In this document: positions 12,225-23,046 of the stretch, in pieces
Numbering within the stretch: the stretch's first letter is position 1
Layout of the letters: every line of letters starts with the position of its first letter
Position numbers and translations under genes: made by a program
The notes under the pieces: model-generated
Seen by the model: the letters and a program-made list of their open reading frames with translations, nothing else
Told to the model about the DNA's origin: nothing
Database searches by the model: none
Assembly (NCBI GenBank): GCA_037447605.1
Contig: CM074819.1
Location: forward strand, 1,014,297-1,078,296
DNA from: Zygnema circumcarinatum SAG 698-1b
Lineage: Eukaryota; Plantae; Zygnematophyceae
Direction of reading: 5' to 3'
DNA: 64,000 nt

Positions 12225-12876
12225 TAGGGTTAGGGTTAGGCTTAGGGTAAATTAGGGTTAGGGATAGGATTAGGGTTAGAGTAACGGCTATGGTAGGGTT
12301 AGGTGTGAGCATTTGAGGTCAATGTTAAGCTTAGCATTAAGGTTACAGTCAAGATTAGAGGATTATGACGAGGGTTAGAGGTAGGGTCAGAAATGGATTT
12401 AAGAGCCATGCTTAGGGTTAGGGCAAGAGCTCAGGGTTAGGCTTCTGGTTTAAATTAGACTTAGTCTTAAAGTTGGGGTGAGATTAGGAATAGGGTTATG
12501 GTTAGGGTTAGGGTTAAGAAATAGGGTTTTGTGTTACAGCTCGGGTTGACGGCTTTAGGGCTAGGGCTAGGATTCGGGTTCGGCTAGGGTCAGGACTCAG
12601 GATTGGGGCTAGGGTTCAGGGCTAGGGCTAGGTCTGGGGCTAGCTAGGGTTAAGATCAGGGCTAGGTTTAGGGTCAGGTCCTGAACCTCTAGCCGACCTA
12701 CACCTTCCACTCTGTAGCGCTGATGGCTACGACTAGGGCTAGGGCTAGGGCTAGGGCTAGGGCTAGGGCTAAGGCTAGGGCTAGGGCTAGGGCTTAAGGC
12801 TAGGGCTAGGACTATGGCTAGTGCTAAGTAATGGCTTGGGCTAGGGCTAAGTAATGGCTTGGGCTAGGGCTAGGGC
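12225..12876 (+). repeat. Interstitial telomere-like hexamer array: degenerate TTAGGG grading into near-perfect CTAGGG
   Basis: tagggttagggttagg... from 12225; gctagggctagggctagggctaggg... at about 12730-12810. Confidence 0.88.
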
Positions 12877-13727
12877 ATGCGCGCCACATGGAACAGCTGG
12901 GGATCACGGACACCTGGCACTGAAGTTGACTTATTCGTTGACTTCTATGTTGTCACATCCGTAGGAGTGACGTGTGATTGTACCTATTTGTCGTCATCGT
13001 CATGTTGCCGTTACCGTACTGTACGGTATAAAAATGTACGGTGTACGGCCCGGCAATGTACAAACAGCCAGCAGAGCCCCCTCCCTAGCCCTAATCCGCC
13101 CCGCGCGCCTTTCGAGGCCGCGGGCGGAAAATTGAACCTGCAGCTGACGGGACTACGACCAAGCAGAGAATTCCACGTCAGCCAAATGAGTGACGTGGCG
13201 ACGGTTGATTGGCCAGAAACGTCGAAGGGTCTGGTAAGAACCTGGTTTTCCTCCACATAAGAAAACTCGCCGTCGTTCCCCTTTGTCCTCCAATCAGGTA
13301 CCTTCACGTAGGATAAAAACGCCTACGTGGCAGACCATGATTGGTTATGACCACCAGCCAGTCAAGGACAGTCTCGTTGTTTCTGCGCCATTCTCTGTCC
13401 TTCCAGCCATGGGTGGGGTCTGCGGTCCTCCCGCCATGGCCATGCCCCGCAAAGGTCAGTGCAGACGGCGACTCCTTGGCGGAGGGAGAAGCCATGGCGG
13501 GCCTGCATCTCCACCGTCTGCCCTGCTGAGGGCCGATTTCTCTCTATAACATAATTTGAACTAGCGGAATAAATATACTTCGTTGGTTTCTGTTGATCAT
13601 TTGTATCTCTTTCTACATCGCGTTAGGGTTGTAGTGTCTCCAATTTCACCTTCATGCCAGCACATGTACATGCTTCCCTTCGCCCTCCCGCAATGCATGC
13701 ATCACACGCATTATGTATAAAACTTTC

Positions 13728-13915
13728 ATTGAACTCGCGATGGCGAGGCCATCAAATGTACATAGACAAAGGCAAAATGTGGAACCATGAAGGACTGGTC
13801 ACAAAGGACCGAAACACAATAAAACGAAGCTAGGAGCGGAAAACTATGCCTAGGCACAACAACGCAGCCCTAGAGGCAGCCGCGAAGGTCACCGATGTGA
13901 GGCACGTCGCGAGGA
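13728..13915 (+). repeat. Diverged dispersed repeat, copy A (homologous to 33845-34040, minus strand)
   Basis: Shares blocks cattgaactcgcgatggcgaggccatc..atgtacat.gacaaa, gaacca.ga..actggtc.caaaggacc and ggagcggaaa.cta.gcc.a.gc.caacaacgca with the other copy. Confidence 0.65.
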
Positions 13916-14001
13916 GGGAGCGGCGGAAGTCCACCAACACGATCACCAACAATCGCAGCACGCCGAAGAAGCGTAGAAGCGAGGCAACGCTNNNNNNNNN
14001 N

Positions 14002-16386
14002 CTCCCCCCCCTGTGAGAATGTGAACGCCCTCGTTCACGTGTGTGGGGTAGTAAAGGCAGCTCGTAGTTTCAACGGCACGCGTCGAACTCTACGTGATAA
14101 CCGGGAGGGCTCAGCGATAATCCCGGTCAAGTCCCTTTCCGAGTTGCGCGGGGACGGCTCAGGAACCCCCCGTGCCGCCCTCGCCCGCTCTCCTGCGGCC
14201 TGCGCCTCCCAGTACAAGTTGATGAGCTCCTGGCAATTGGTTAAGTTGCCCTCGGCTTCCCATGTGCTATGTTCAACCCCATAGCCCAACCACTTCACGA
14301 GGTATTCGTGACGGGAAGATCGACCCTTTCTCACAAGACGGTGGGCTTGAATGGTTTCGACATCTTTGGGTACACCTTGAGTTCCCACTGGGTGCAGGGA
14401 GATCGCCTCGACCCTCCCCATCAACTGCGGTGACCTTTAGCAGTCCCACATGAAGACCGGAATACACTTCATATGGGCTGGTGAGTCCCGGTAAGCGACC
14501 TCATTAATGCCACTCACGACCTTGAAGGATTCGATGGCACGGGCCACTTTCGTGTTCTGCCATAAGCTTTGAGTCTCAAGTTCGCCGTACCTAGCAACAC
14601 TTCATCGCCCTCATTGAAAGTGAGTTGGGTACGGTGACGGTCAGCATAGGCCTTTTGTCGTGACTGGGCCGCTAGCAGGGTCTGCCGTGCCCTCTGCAGC
14701 GCCTCAGACATTAGCCGGACAAAAGATCTGACTGCGGGAGGTTGAGTCCCATCAGCCCCTCTCAGCTTCCAAGGATCGGGGGTTCTGTGGACGCCCATGT
14801 TCCACGGATCAGGGGGCTGATCCCTTGGTTGCAGGGGATTTAGAGGATGCTGGCCAAAGTTCAAGAAGAAAGGGGTGGTACCAATGGACTCCTAGTAAAC
14901 ATTATTGATGGCGTACTCAGCCACTGGGAGCAGTTCATCCCACCCATCCGGGGTAGGTCCCACATTATGCCGGAGATAATCCTCCAGGATCCTGTTCACC
15001 CGTTCCGTCTGGCCATCGGTTTGCGGGTGGAAAGCTGTACTCAATGCTTGCTTAGTCCCCACGATTTTGAGCACTTCCGTCCAAAAATGGCCGGTGAATC
15101 GTGGATCACGGTCAGACACAATTTCTGACTGAAGACCATGCTGGCTCCACACTTTGTCAACATACAACCGTGCCATCTCGTCGGCCCCAGCTGTCTTAGT
15201 AGTTGGTGCAAAATGCACCATCTTGCTNNNNNNNNNNACAGCCTGGAAAGTCGCCGGAGCATTAGTCAATCCAAAGGGCAACACCTTATATTGGAAATGA
15301 CCAATGGGCGTCTGGAACGCAGTTTTTGGTACATCAGCTTCCGTAACACGGATCTGATGGTAACCCTGAGCAAGGTCAAGTGATGTAAACACTTTGGCGC
15401 CGTGAAGACGATCTAACAGATCATCGATACGTGGTAAAGCAAATCGATTCTTTACGGTGATCTTGTTGAGTGCACGGTAATCAATGCACATCCTCAACGA
15501 GCCATCTTTCTTACCAACAAACAAGATGGGCGCCCCAAAGGGGCTCTGACTGGGTTCTATCCAGCCTTTCTCTCGTAAAGTTGTTAATTGCTTACGCATC
15601 TCTTTGGTTTCCTTCGGACTTAACCGATAAATCGGCCGCCAAGGCGGCTTTTGCTCAGGCTCAAGAGGGATCGTGTGCCCGACTCCTCGAGATGGTGGCA
15701 ACCCTCTTGGAAGGTCATCAGGAAAAACATCCTTGAACTCATCCAACAAAGGTTGGATCTTGGGTGGAACGGCCGAGAGCACATCCGTAGATGTGATCTG
15801 CCATTCTTGATCTTCGTCATGCACATCCTCAGTGGCTGCCATGACATGCACCATAAACAAGGTGCAACCCTCCTTAACAACTTTGGCCAATTGCATGGCC
15901 GAGCAGAGATAAGGAGTATCAACCTGCGTGGTAGCAGTAGATGTGGGTTTGCTAGGGTGCAGGGTGATGTGCCTATCACCACTGTGCAGAATGCAGTGTG
16001 GGATGGAGAAGTCCAATTGGGCCTTGACCATGGTTAACCAAGCGCTCCCCAGAATAACATCCGTCCCAGGGGCCAGTTGTGTCAGAAGACACTTCACTGC
16101 CCCAGAGTAGGATTGGAGCTTGATCTTGAGGGTGACGCTGCCAGAGATCTGGCCCTTGCGTCCATCCCCGAAAGTAACGCTTTCAGAATGGGGATCTGTG
16201 GTCAACCCAAATCTCTGGGTGAATGCAGAACTAACAAAGTTAGCATCTGCACCTGTGTTTAGCAGTATAACTGCTGGGTGGCCATTGGCTAACCCAGTGA
16301 AGGTCATGGCACGATGGGCGAGATGGAACATAGATCGCACTATATGCGAGGGGTGAGGACGAGCCGTCCTCCACACCAAGGTGTAG
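14002..16386 (-). mobile_element. Decayed Ty3/gypsy chromovirus LTR retrotransposon: protease-RT-[gap]-integrase-chromodomain, followed by a polypurine tract
   Basis: Protease [33 protein letters not shown]...[10 protein letters not shown]...[13 protein letters not shown]. Integrase IVSDRDPRFT...HPQTDGQTERVNR. Chromodomain EYLVKWLGYGVEHSTWEAEGNL. A minus-strand G-run (PPT-like) at about 14002-14012. In-frame TAG at 14892 and downstream frameshifts. Confidence 0.92.
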
Positions 16387-16396
16387 NNNNNNNNNN

Positions 16397-16769
16397 GCTC
16401 AAAAGTGTCGATGAAGGAAGGGACATCCGCAGGCGCATCCGGATGGAGAGTCCGAAGGCGATCCAAAGTGTCGTTGTTGGCCGGGGCGGGCGTAAAGGGT
16501 CGAAGAGCGCGAGCAGCGCGAGACAACTCCCCGCATCGGCCTAACTGAACTGCCCGACGATGTCGAGCGGAGGCGTCCGAAAGGGAGGGCGGGCGAGTGG
16601 CGGCAGACGCCGACAGGGCACGAATGCGATCAGCGTGCTCGGCCTGCAAAAGCTCCCAATCCCCACCCAAAAAACGAAGACATCGCCGACGGGTCTCGCG
16701 AACGGCGCTGGCCCCACCACGAGGGGGCAAAATTAAAACCCAAAGGGGGAAAAGAAGAAGGACATGCCA
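16397..16769 (-). mobile_element. Fragment of a non-LTR retrotransposon ORF (pre-RT region, CRE/NeSL-like), isolated between two N joins
   Basis: RRRCLRFLGGDWELL...RHRRAVQLGRCGELSRAARALRPFTPAPANNDTLDRLRTLHP resembles the 'GELSRA..L...AP....T...L..LHP' segment that precedes RT in CRE-type elements (recalled pattern, not searched). Confidence 0.55.
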
Positions 16770-16779
16770 NNNNNNNNNN

Positions 16780-18848
16780 GGAAACCCTCTCCTCCGCCGT
16801 CCAGGCCCTCCCATGGGTCTGGCTCCTCCCCTCCCTCGTCATCCTTCTCTCCGCCGCTCTCTTCTATCCGCAGCTCTCCCTCTCCCTCCTCTCGTTCCAC
16901 CGCCACCCCCTCCCTCCTCCCCCCGGCCCGCGCCCATGGCCCGTGCTGGGCAACATCCCCGCCATAGCAGAGGACCCCCTTCCCTACCGCGCCCTCGCCC
17001 GCTTGGCGGAAAAGTACGGACCAATCATGCTGCTCCACGTGGGATCCGTACGCTCTGTCGTTATCTCCTCCATGGAGGCGGCCAGGGAGGTCCTCCGCGA
17101 CAAAGACGCGCTCTGCTCCTCGCGGCCTCTCCTTCCGGCTGTCGCCATCACTTCGTACCGAGGTGCAGAACTTATGTTGCAACATAATTCTTGCAGGCTG
17201 CTGCATCACTTCTGATATTATGTCGTGCATTTGTTGATGTTGGAGCAACGCCTCGTCGCAATTTTTCGCAAGATGATTTGTGCGTTGGGAACTTGTTGAA
17301 TATGTAGTGATGATGCTGGTCGCAATGATGTTGTTGTTGTTGTTCTTTCTGATCATCATCAATTTTGTGAGGCCATTCGCTTCATGAGCTCTTACTGATT
17401 TGATGTCCTTCGTTTTCCGTTTCACAGTCTGCTTCCACGTTTCAACCTTTCCCTGCTGTAGATCTCTCTCAAGACCGTAAACCATCCCCTCTCTCGCGCT
17501 CTCTCCCCCTCTCTCCCCCCCCTTGGCTCTTTCTCTCTCTTCCTCTCTCGTTCTCTTTTTATCTCGCTTCCTCCCCCGTTATCGCTCTCTCTCTCTCTTT
17601 CACACAATTACATCGAATACGAATTTTCTCTCCTTCCTTACAGGGCGTGACATTGCGTTCGCCCCCGCCGGCCCTTACCACAAACTCGCTCGAAGACTTT
17701 GTGCGATGAACCTCTTCACTCGCAAACGGCTCGACATGTGGGCCCCAAAACGGAGAACGGAGGTTCTTTGTATGATTGACGCCGTTAAGGAGGAAGCCTC
17801 TCTGCGGGGAGGCCTAGTGATGTTACGCCGACACGTCAGCAGAGCGTCTCTGAACAACATTCTCCAAATGTCGGTGGGGAGGAAATTCAAGTACAGCATT
17901 GAGGGGAAGGAGGACCCAGAAGCTGATGAGTTCATAAGAAACGCTGGAGAACTGTTTGATGTATCGGGCTCCTTTAATATCTCCGACTACGTTCCTCTTT
18001 TGCGGCCTTTCGATCCGAACAAAGTGATAAGTCGAGCTAAGAAGATGAACCAGTACTTTCATAATTTTCTGAAAAATGAAGTTGAGAGGCACAGGAAGGG
18101 GCTGGAGGGAGGGAGTGAGAAGGAGTTAGAAGTAGTCCCTCAGGAACTCTGCGATGCATTGTTGATGGCCGAAAAGGAATGTCAAGTGGGGGAGATAGAA
18201 AAGGTAGCAATTCTCCAAGATATGATTCTGGCGGGTACGGACACAAGCTCGGCAACTGTGGAGTGGGCAATGTTGGAGCTTCTGAGGAAGCCCGAAATGA
18301 TGGCTCGGGTGCAGGAAGAGGTGAAGCAGGCCTTTGAGAGAGAGGGAGAGGGAGAGGGAGAAGGGGAGGGGAAGGAGGGCCTTGAGAATCGCCTGCTTGC
18401 ACTACCCTTTCTTAAGGCCGTAGTGAAGGAGACCCTCCGACATCGACCCGTGGGACCTCTGCTTATCTCCCACTTAACCTCTGAAGACGTGGTTTTAGGC
18501 GCAGGGAAGTACTTTGTGCCGGCCGGCACGATGCTGCAGATCAACTCGTGGGCGATCCACCATGATCCGAAGACCTGGCCGGATCCACACGAGTTCAACC
18601 CTGAGCGGTTCCTTGAGAAAGACTTCGATTTTCGCGGAACTGAGTTCAACTTTCTTCCCTTTGGCTCCGGGCGGCGGGTCTGTCCGGGCATGTATTTGGG
18701 CTACAGCATGGTGGTGGTCACGCTCGCACATCTCCTTTACCATTTTGAATGGGAAGTTGATGGGAAGGAGGAGATCGATTCAACTGCAAAGTTTGGGCTT
18801 ACTGTGTGGCCAGCGAAGCCTTTGGAAGTTGTGGCTAAACCTAAGTAG
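16780..18848 (+). CDS. Cytochrome P450, CYP71 clan (A-type); exons <16780-17162 and 17644-18848; start codon hidden in N join
   Basis: Hydrophobic anchor followed by PPGPRPWPVLGNI, I-helix AGTDTSS, K-helix KETLR, PERF and heme motif FGSGRRVCPG. The GT-AG intron gives in-frame SYRG|RDIAFAP. Confidence 0.95.
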
Positions 18849-18867
18849 CACAAAACGATGTGTAAGA

Positions 18868-19220
18868 ACTCGCTGCAGTGGATGTGGCGGTGGTGAATCA
18901 TAAGGCTTTTTCAAAGGTCTTCAGTGTAACAGTGGTTTAAAGGTCAGTACTTTTGCGGGACAGAGCGTTGAAGTGATTTTCATGTACACCAGTAAAAGGG
19001 ATGAAAAAAAGTTTGGGAGTGGGAGTGGGAGTGGGAGTGGGAGTGGGAGTGGGAGTGGGAATGGGTGTGGGTGTGGGTGTGGGAGTCGCTGCAGAGGATA
19101 TGGCTGTGGTGAATGATAAGACTTTTTCAAAGGTAGGGGTCTTAATTGTGAATAGTGGTTTAAAGGTCGATAATTAGAGCGTCAAAGTGAATTCATGTAC
19201 AGCAATACAAGAGATGTAAA
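18868..19220 (+). repeat. Imperfect direct duplication of about 140 bp in the CYP 3' region, separated by (GGGAGT)n/(GGGTGT)n
   Basis: tcgctgcagtggatgtggcggtggtgaatcataaggctttttcaaaggt...gtggtttaaaggtc...catgtaca at about 18868-19005 recurs at about 19083-19220. Confidence 0.75.
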
Positions 19221-19896
19221 TAACAGAGCCAGATGTGAGATACTAAAAGGCTAATTTCTCCTGCCTGCCTTCCTCCCGCATCTCTCTCGCTCTCTCCCTC
19301 CCTCGTGCCTGCTTGCCACTCCCTGCCTCTCTCTCCTTGCCTCGTCGTCTGCTTGCTTGCCTTTCATTTTCCGATTTGGAAAATTGCGAAGTTGGAAGTA
19401 AGGAAGTAAGAAGAGGTGTGGCGTTGGTCTGACGATGGCGAGTAGCAAGCCAAACATTTACCGAGCAATGATTGGCATTGGCCTCTTGATGGCCCCGCCA
19501 TCCACTGTGTATAGGACACGGGCAATGTGAAAAACCAACTTGGAAGGTAACAAATGACCATAAAGCATGAGACTTGCTATGAAAAGTTGTTACTACAGAA
19601 GGCCTAGGAGCACTTGTACTTCTCTTAAAGGTCGCAAATATGGGGCTTATTGCTCGGAAAGTGGGGTTTCATACCAATGTTTGCACCTCATGACACCATG
19701 TTGGAGCGAACATGGACATGGATATGCCCGCACACAAATATGAGAAATTTTCGCGTTGTAGTTTAGCGTTTTCATGGTCCAACTTTTGCCGCCGTGGGCG
19801 GGTCAATCGGTGAAACCACGAATACAGCCTGAAATCGAAACCACGAAGTTCTGAAGCCGAAATTCCTAGGAAGGACCGTACGAAAGGGCGCCTCGC

Positions 19897-19978
19897 CACG
19901 TGTCGATCACTGGGCTACCCCACCGACATTAATTTGACACGTAGGATGCCACGTGCTCTTCGGTCAAACTTCCACGTG
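19897..19978. promoter_or_regulatory. Cluster of three G-box (CACGTG) elements upstream of the ORP4-like gene
   Basis: CACGTG at 19897, 19950 and 19973, 114-195 bp upstream of the ATG. Confidence 0.5.
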
Positions 19979-20091
19979 GCCTCCAGTCGCCAGTCACAGA
20001 ACTAGCTCATGGAACGCCTCCGGCCTCCCTCTGGGCTCTAAAAGCTCCCCTCCTGCTCGAGCGCTGGTGGCCATGGCGGCTGCGCAGCACC

Positions 20092-21130
20092 ATGGCGGAG
20101 GAGGGTGAGGAGGGCGCCACATCCAAATCCCCCTTCTCCTGCTTCCGCCACACCTTCGCATCCGCTCTCGCCACCTGGCAGAGGTTTTTTCGAAAAGCAC
20201 AATCTCCAGAGCTATCGACACCTCCTTGTGCAGCTATCCAAGAATGTCCTGAAGGATCAAGCCATGGCGTGGCTACTCCTGAACCCGCTACTGGTAATGT
20301 ACCTCAAAAAGATCCCTCTTCTTCTCCTTCTCCTGTGCTACGTGCCCCTAAGAAGCCAGTGCCACGCGGCAGCAGCAGCCGCAACAGTAGGAACGTAATT
20401 CTGCGTGCCCTTGACCTTCTGAAAGGTTTCAGGATAGGGAGTGACCTTAGAAGCCTGCAGCTTCCGCCTCAGCTTCTACTTCCAAAGTCGGAGCTGCAAC
20501 TTTCTGGAGAGTGCCTTTACAACGCGGGAGAGGATCTTTTGGCCGCCTGTGCTCCCTTGGAACTTAACCCTAATCTTGGAAAAAGAAGCGCCTTGGAGCG
20601 CATGGTAGCTGTGGTGCGCTGGTATCTCACTACTAACCGAGAGGCTCTGCTCCTATCGCCTTTCAGCCCCCTGCTAGGGGAGACACATCACGTGACACGT
20701 GGCAGCTGCAGCTTTCTGTTGGAACAGGTGGGAGGAAGGGCGGGGGAAATTTCAATTTTTTTCTGTTTTATTGTGTTCTTGAGTGGGAGGGGACGGAATG
20801 CAAGGATAACTGAGGCGTTATAACTGATTCTTGCTTCCATTTTTACTCTGAGAGAATGTTGGCTGCCTTTATTTGTTTGTAATCACTATCTGTAATACTG
20901 ACACGTGTACTTTTACTGCTGCAAGTGTGCAGGTTGAGCAGAATCCACCCACAACTGCACTGTATGCGACAAATGGAAAGCAAAAGCTGAGAGTTTTGGA
21001 GTACTACTCTACGATCACTCGTTTCTACGGTTAGTTTTTTTTCTCCTCCCTGTTCCTTCTTCGCTTTTAATTTCTACTTCGTATGTTCCTCGTTTGCGCG
21101 TAGACTGAGTAGCCTCTCTCTCTGCCCCTC

Positions 21131-21205
<75 letters not shown>

Positions 21206-22451
21206 CTTTGTTGCATACACTTCAATTTCTTCATCGCTGCCTACTCAACAAGGTTATCGTCTTCTGTGCTCTCGGTTAGCGGAAAAGGGCAAACACAGAC
21301 TTTGCGTGGACTTTTTGTTGTGTGACTATAATCGTGACTATAATGTCAGCACAGAGTGAATGAAAAAAAGCAAAACAGGGGACTAATTTGTGAAGCCCTG
21401 AGACCTCTCTTGCATGGACTCAGGCAGCTGGATGGAGGCTGAACTGCGTGGCCAGACTTCTCTTTTTTTGGATGAATTCGGAGAGCAATATACCTCCACC
21501 TTCCCTCGCCTCTGCATTCGCTTTCTTCCCCCGTCCTCTTCATGGATTGGCCCTATCTCCATTATATGTGCAGAGGTGAGTGTCCGTTTCTCCCTGTAAT
21601 TCCATAGGTGGAGAGAGGAGATGAGGGGCCAAAGATGTACCACGTTTAAAGCAAATGTGATTGAATTGAAAATCATCGAACATGCAGTCAGGGTACGAGG
21701 CACGTCTGGAGTATAAGGCGCCACGCTGGTTTGCTCCAAACAGCTCTAAGAATGAGATAAAGGGCCGCATAATTGAGTCTGGGAGTGGCTCTACTCTTTT
21801 GGAACTTTACGGCCGCTTTGACGAGTGAGAAACTCTCTCCCTAACCTATTGCTGCAGTATTGAAAGGCAAAGTGACTCTGGCCACATGTAAACTTGGGAT
21901 TTATGTGTTATCTCGTCCAGAAAGGTGAAAGTGAAGGACGTTCGAACCGGAGAAGAGTCGGAGTTTTATGATTACAGGAAGGCTCTGAAGAACGAGGCTC
22001 AGGCTGTCATCAGCGAACCCGAGGTATGCATGAACCGTACTAGCTTTTGTATTGCTTTGGTGGGGAACAGGGGGTGAAAATTGGCATTGAATTGGAACGG
22101 AGGTTTGTATCTTGCACTGTGCTTTCTGCTTTTTGCTTGAGTTTGAGCTCCTCTATTGGGCTACTACTGCAGGCATTGGCTCCTATGGAGTCGGCGCGCC
22201 TGTGGGCAGCATTGAAGGAGGCAATTTTGGATGAGAGGTGGGAGGATGCAAGCAATGCGCAGTCAGAGGTTGAGAACAAGAGGCTGCAAAAGACCAAGGA
22301 GAGGAAAGCAGCAGGGGTGAAGTTTGTTCCTGAGTACTTTATGCCAACGAAGGAGGGAGGGTGGGTGTGGAAAAAGGAAGACAAATTGGTGCTTGAAAGC
22401 CCCATCGTCGTCTTACCAGTCGAGGAGACCAACTCTGTTGAAGCCTCGTAA
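20092..22451 (+). CDS. ORP4: Oxysterol-binding protein-related protein, ORP4-like (ORD only), 6 exons
   Basis: GSDLRSLQLPPQLLLPKSELQ...ERMVAVVRWYL...PFSPLLGETHHV...LLEQ|VEQNPPTTALYAT...ESARLWAAL..AI..ERWEDA..AQSEVENKRL. Introns are canonical. Confidence 0.88.
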
Positions 22452-23046
22452 AGACACTAGAATATAAGTTAAACAACGATTAGAGTGTGCTATAAACTGC
22501 ACACACGTAAATATTTGTCTGTGTTGTAAACTTCATATGTTTTGACTCGTGGTCGTTGTCCAACCTCAATTGAGCCAACCATTCTTTGGGTCTTTTTCAA
22601 TGCTATGAACTCCCGCATGTTCCTACCAATCGTGTCAGAGCAACAACAACCAACCATTGGCGACTGTGGCCAATTGGGGCTCGCCTCCTGGCTGAAGCCC
22701 TCCTTTACCGCGTATCTATGTGCACAGTTACCGTGACCCGTTTGACTGTCGTGTAAGCTCTCACATAGAACGTTTCACGCGCACGTCTAAAAACTGGAAC
22801 TCATATAACGCGCAACATAGAAATCTACCAGCATACGGCACACCACAAACGACAGAATTCACGGTTCAACGTAATTGTACAAATGCTGTAAAAACACTAC
22901 CATATCTATGTTACAAAGTTACATTTTACTGGCAGCACGCATGGAACATGAAGTACGGATGCCGTACAACACGGAGCAAGATTCAAACCCTGAGGGAGAA
23001 CAGGCTGAGATATTCTGTCTCCCCTTTTTCTTGGCAGCCCTTAGCC

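Noticed and set aside
12951-13991. Possible 3' LTR of the chromovirus (starts TGTCACATCC)
   Set aside because: No second LTR or TSD is visible, and an N join separates it from the PPT, so it cannot be supported.
14892-16814. 640-aa ORF as a single chimeric protein (likewise 39471-42002, 41708-43621 and 44160-45059)
   Set aside because: These run through 10-N scaffold joins that fuse unrelated or non-adjacent segments; for example RT jumps to mid-integrase.
16733-17485. Antisense 250-aa ORF through the P450 intron and exon 1
   Set aside because: No recognisable domain, it overlaps a well-supported gene on the other strand, and it crosses an N join.
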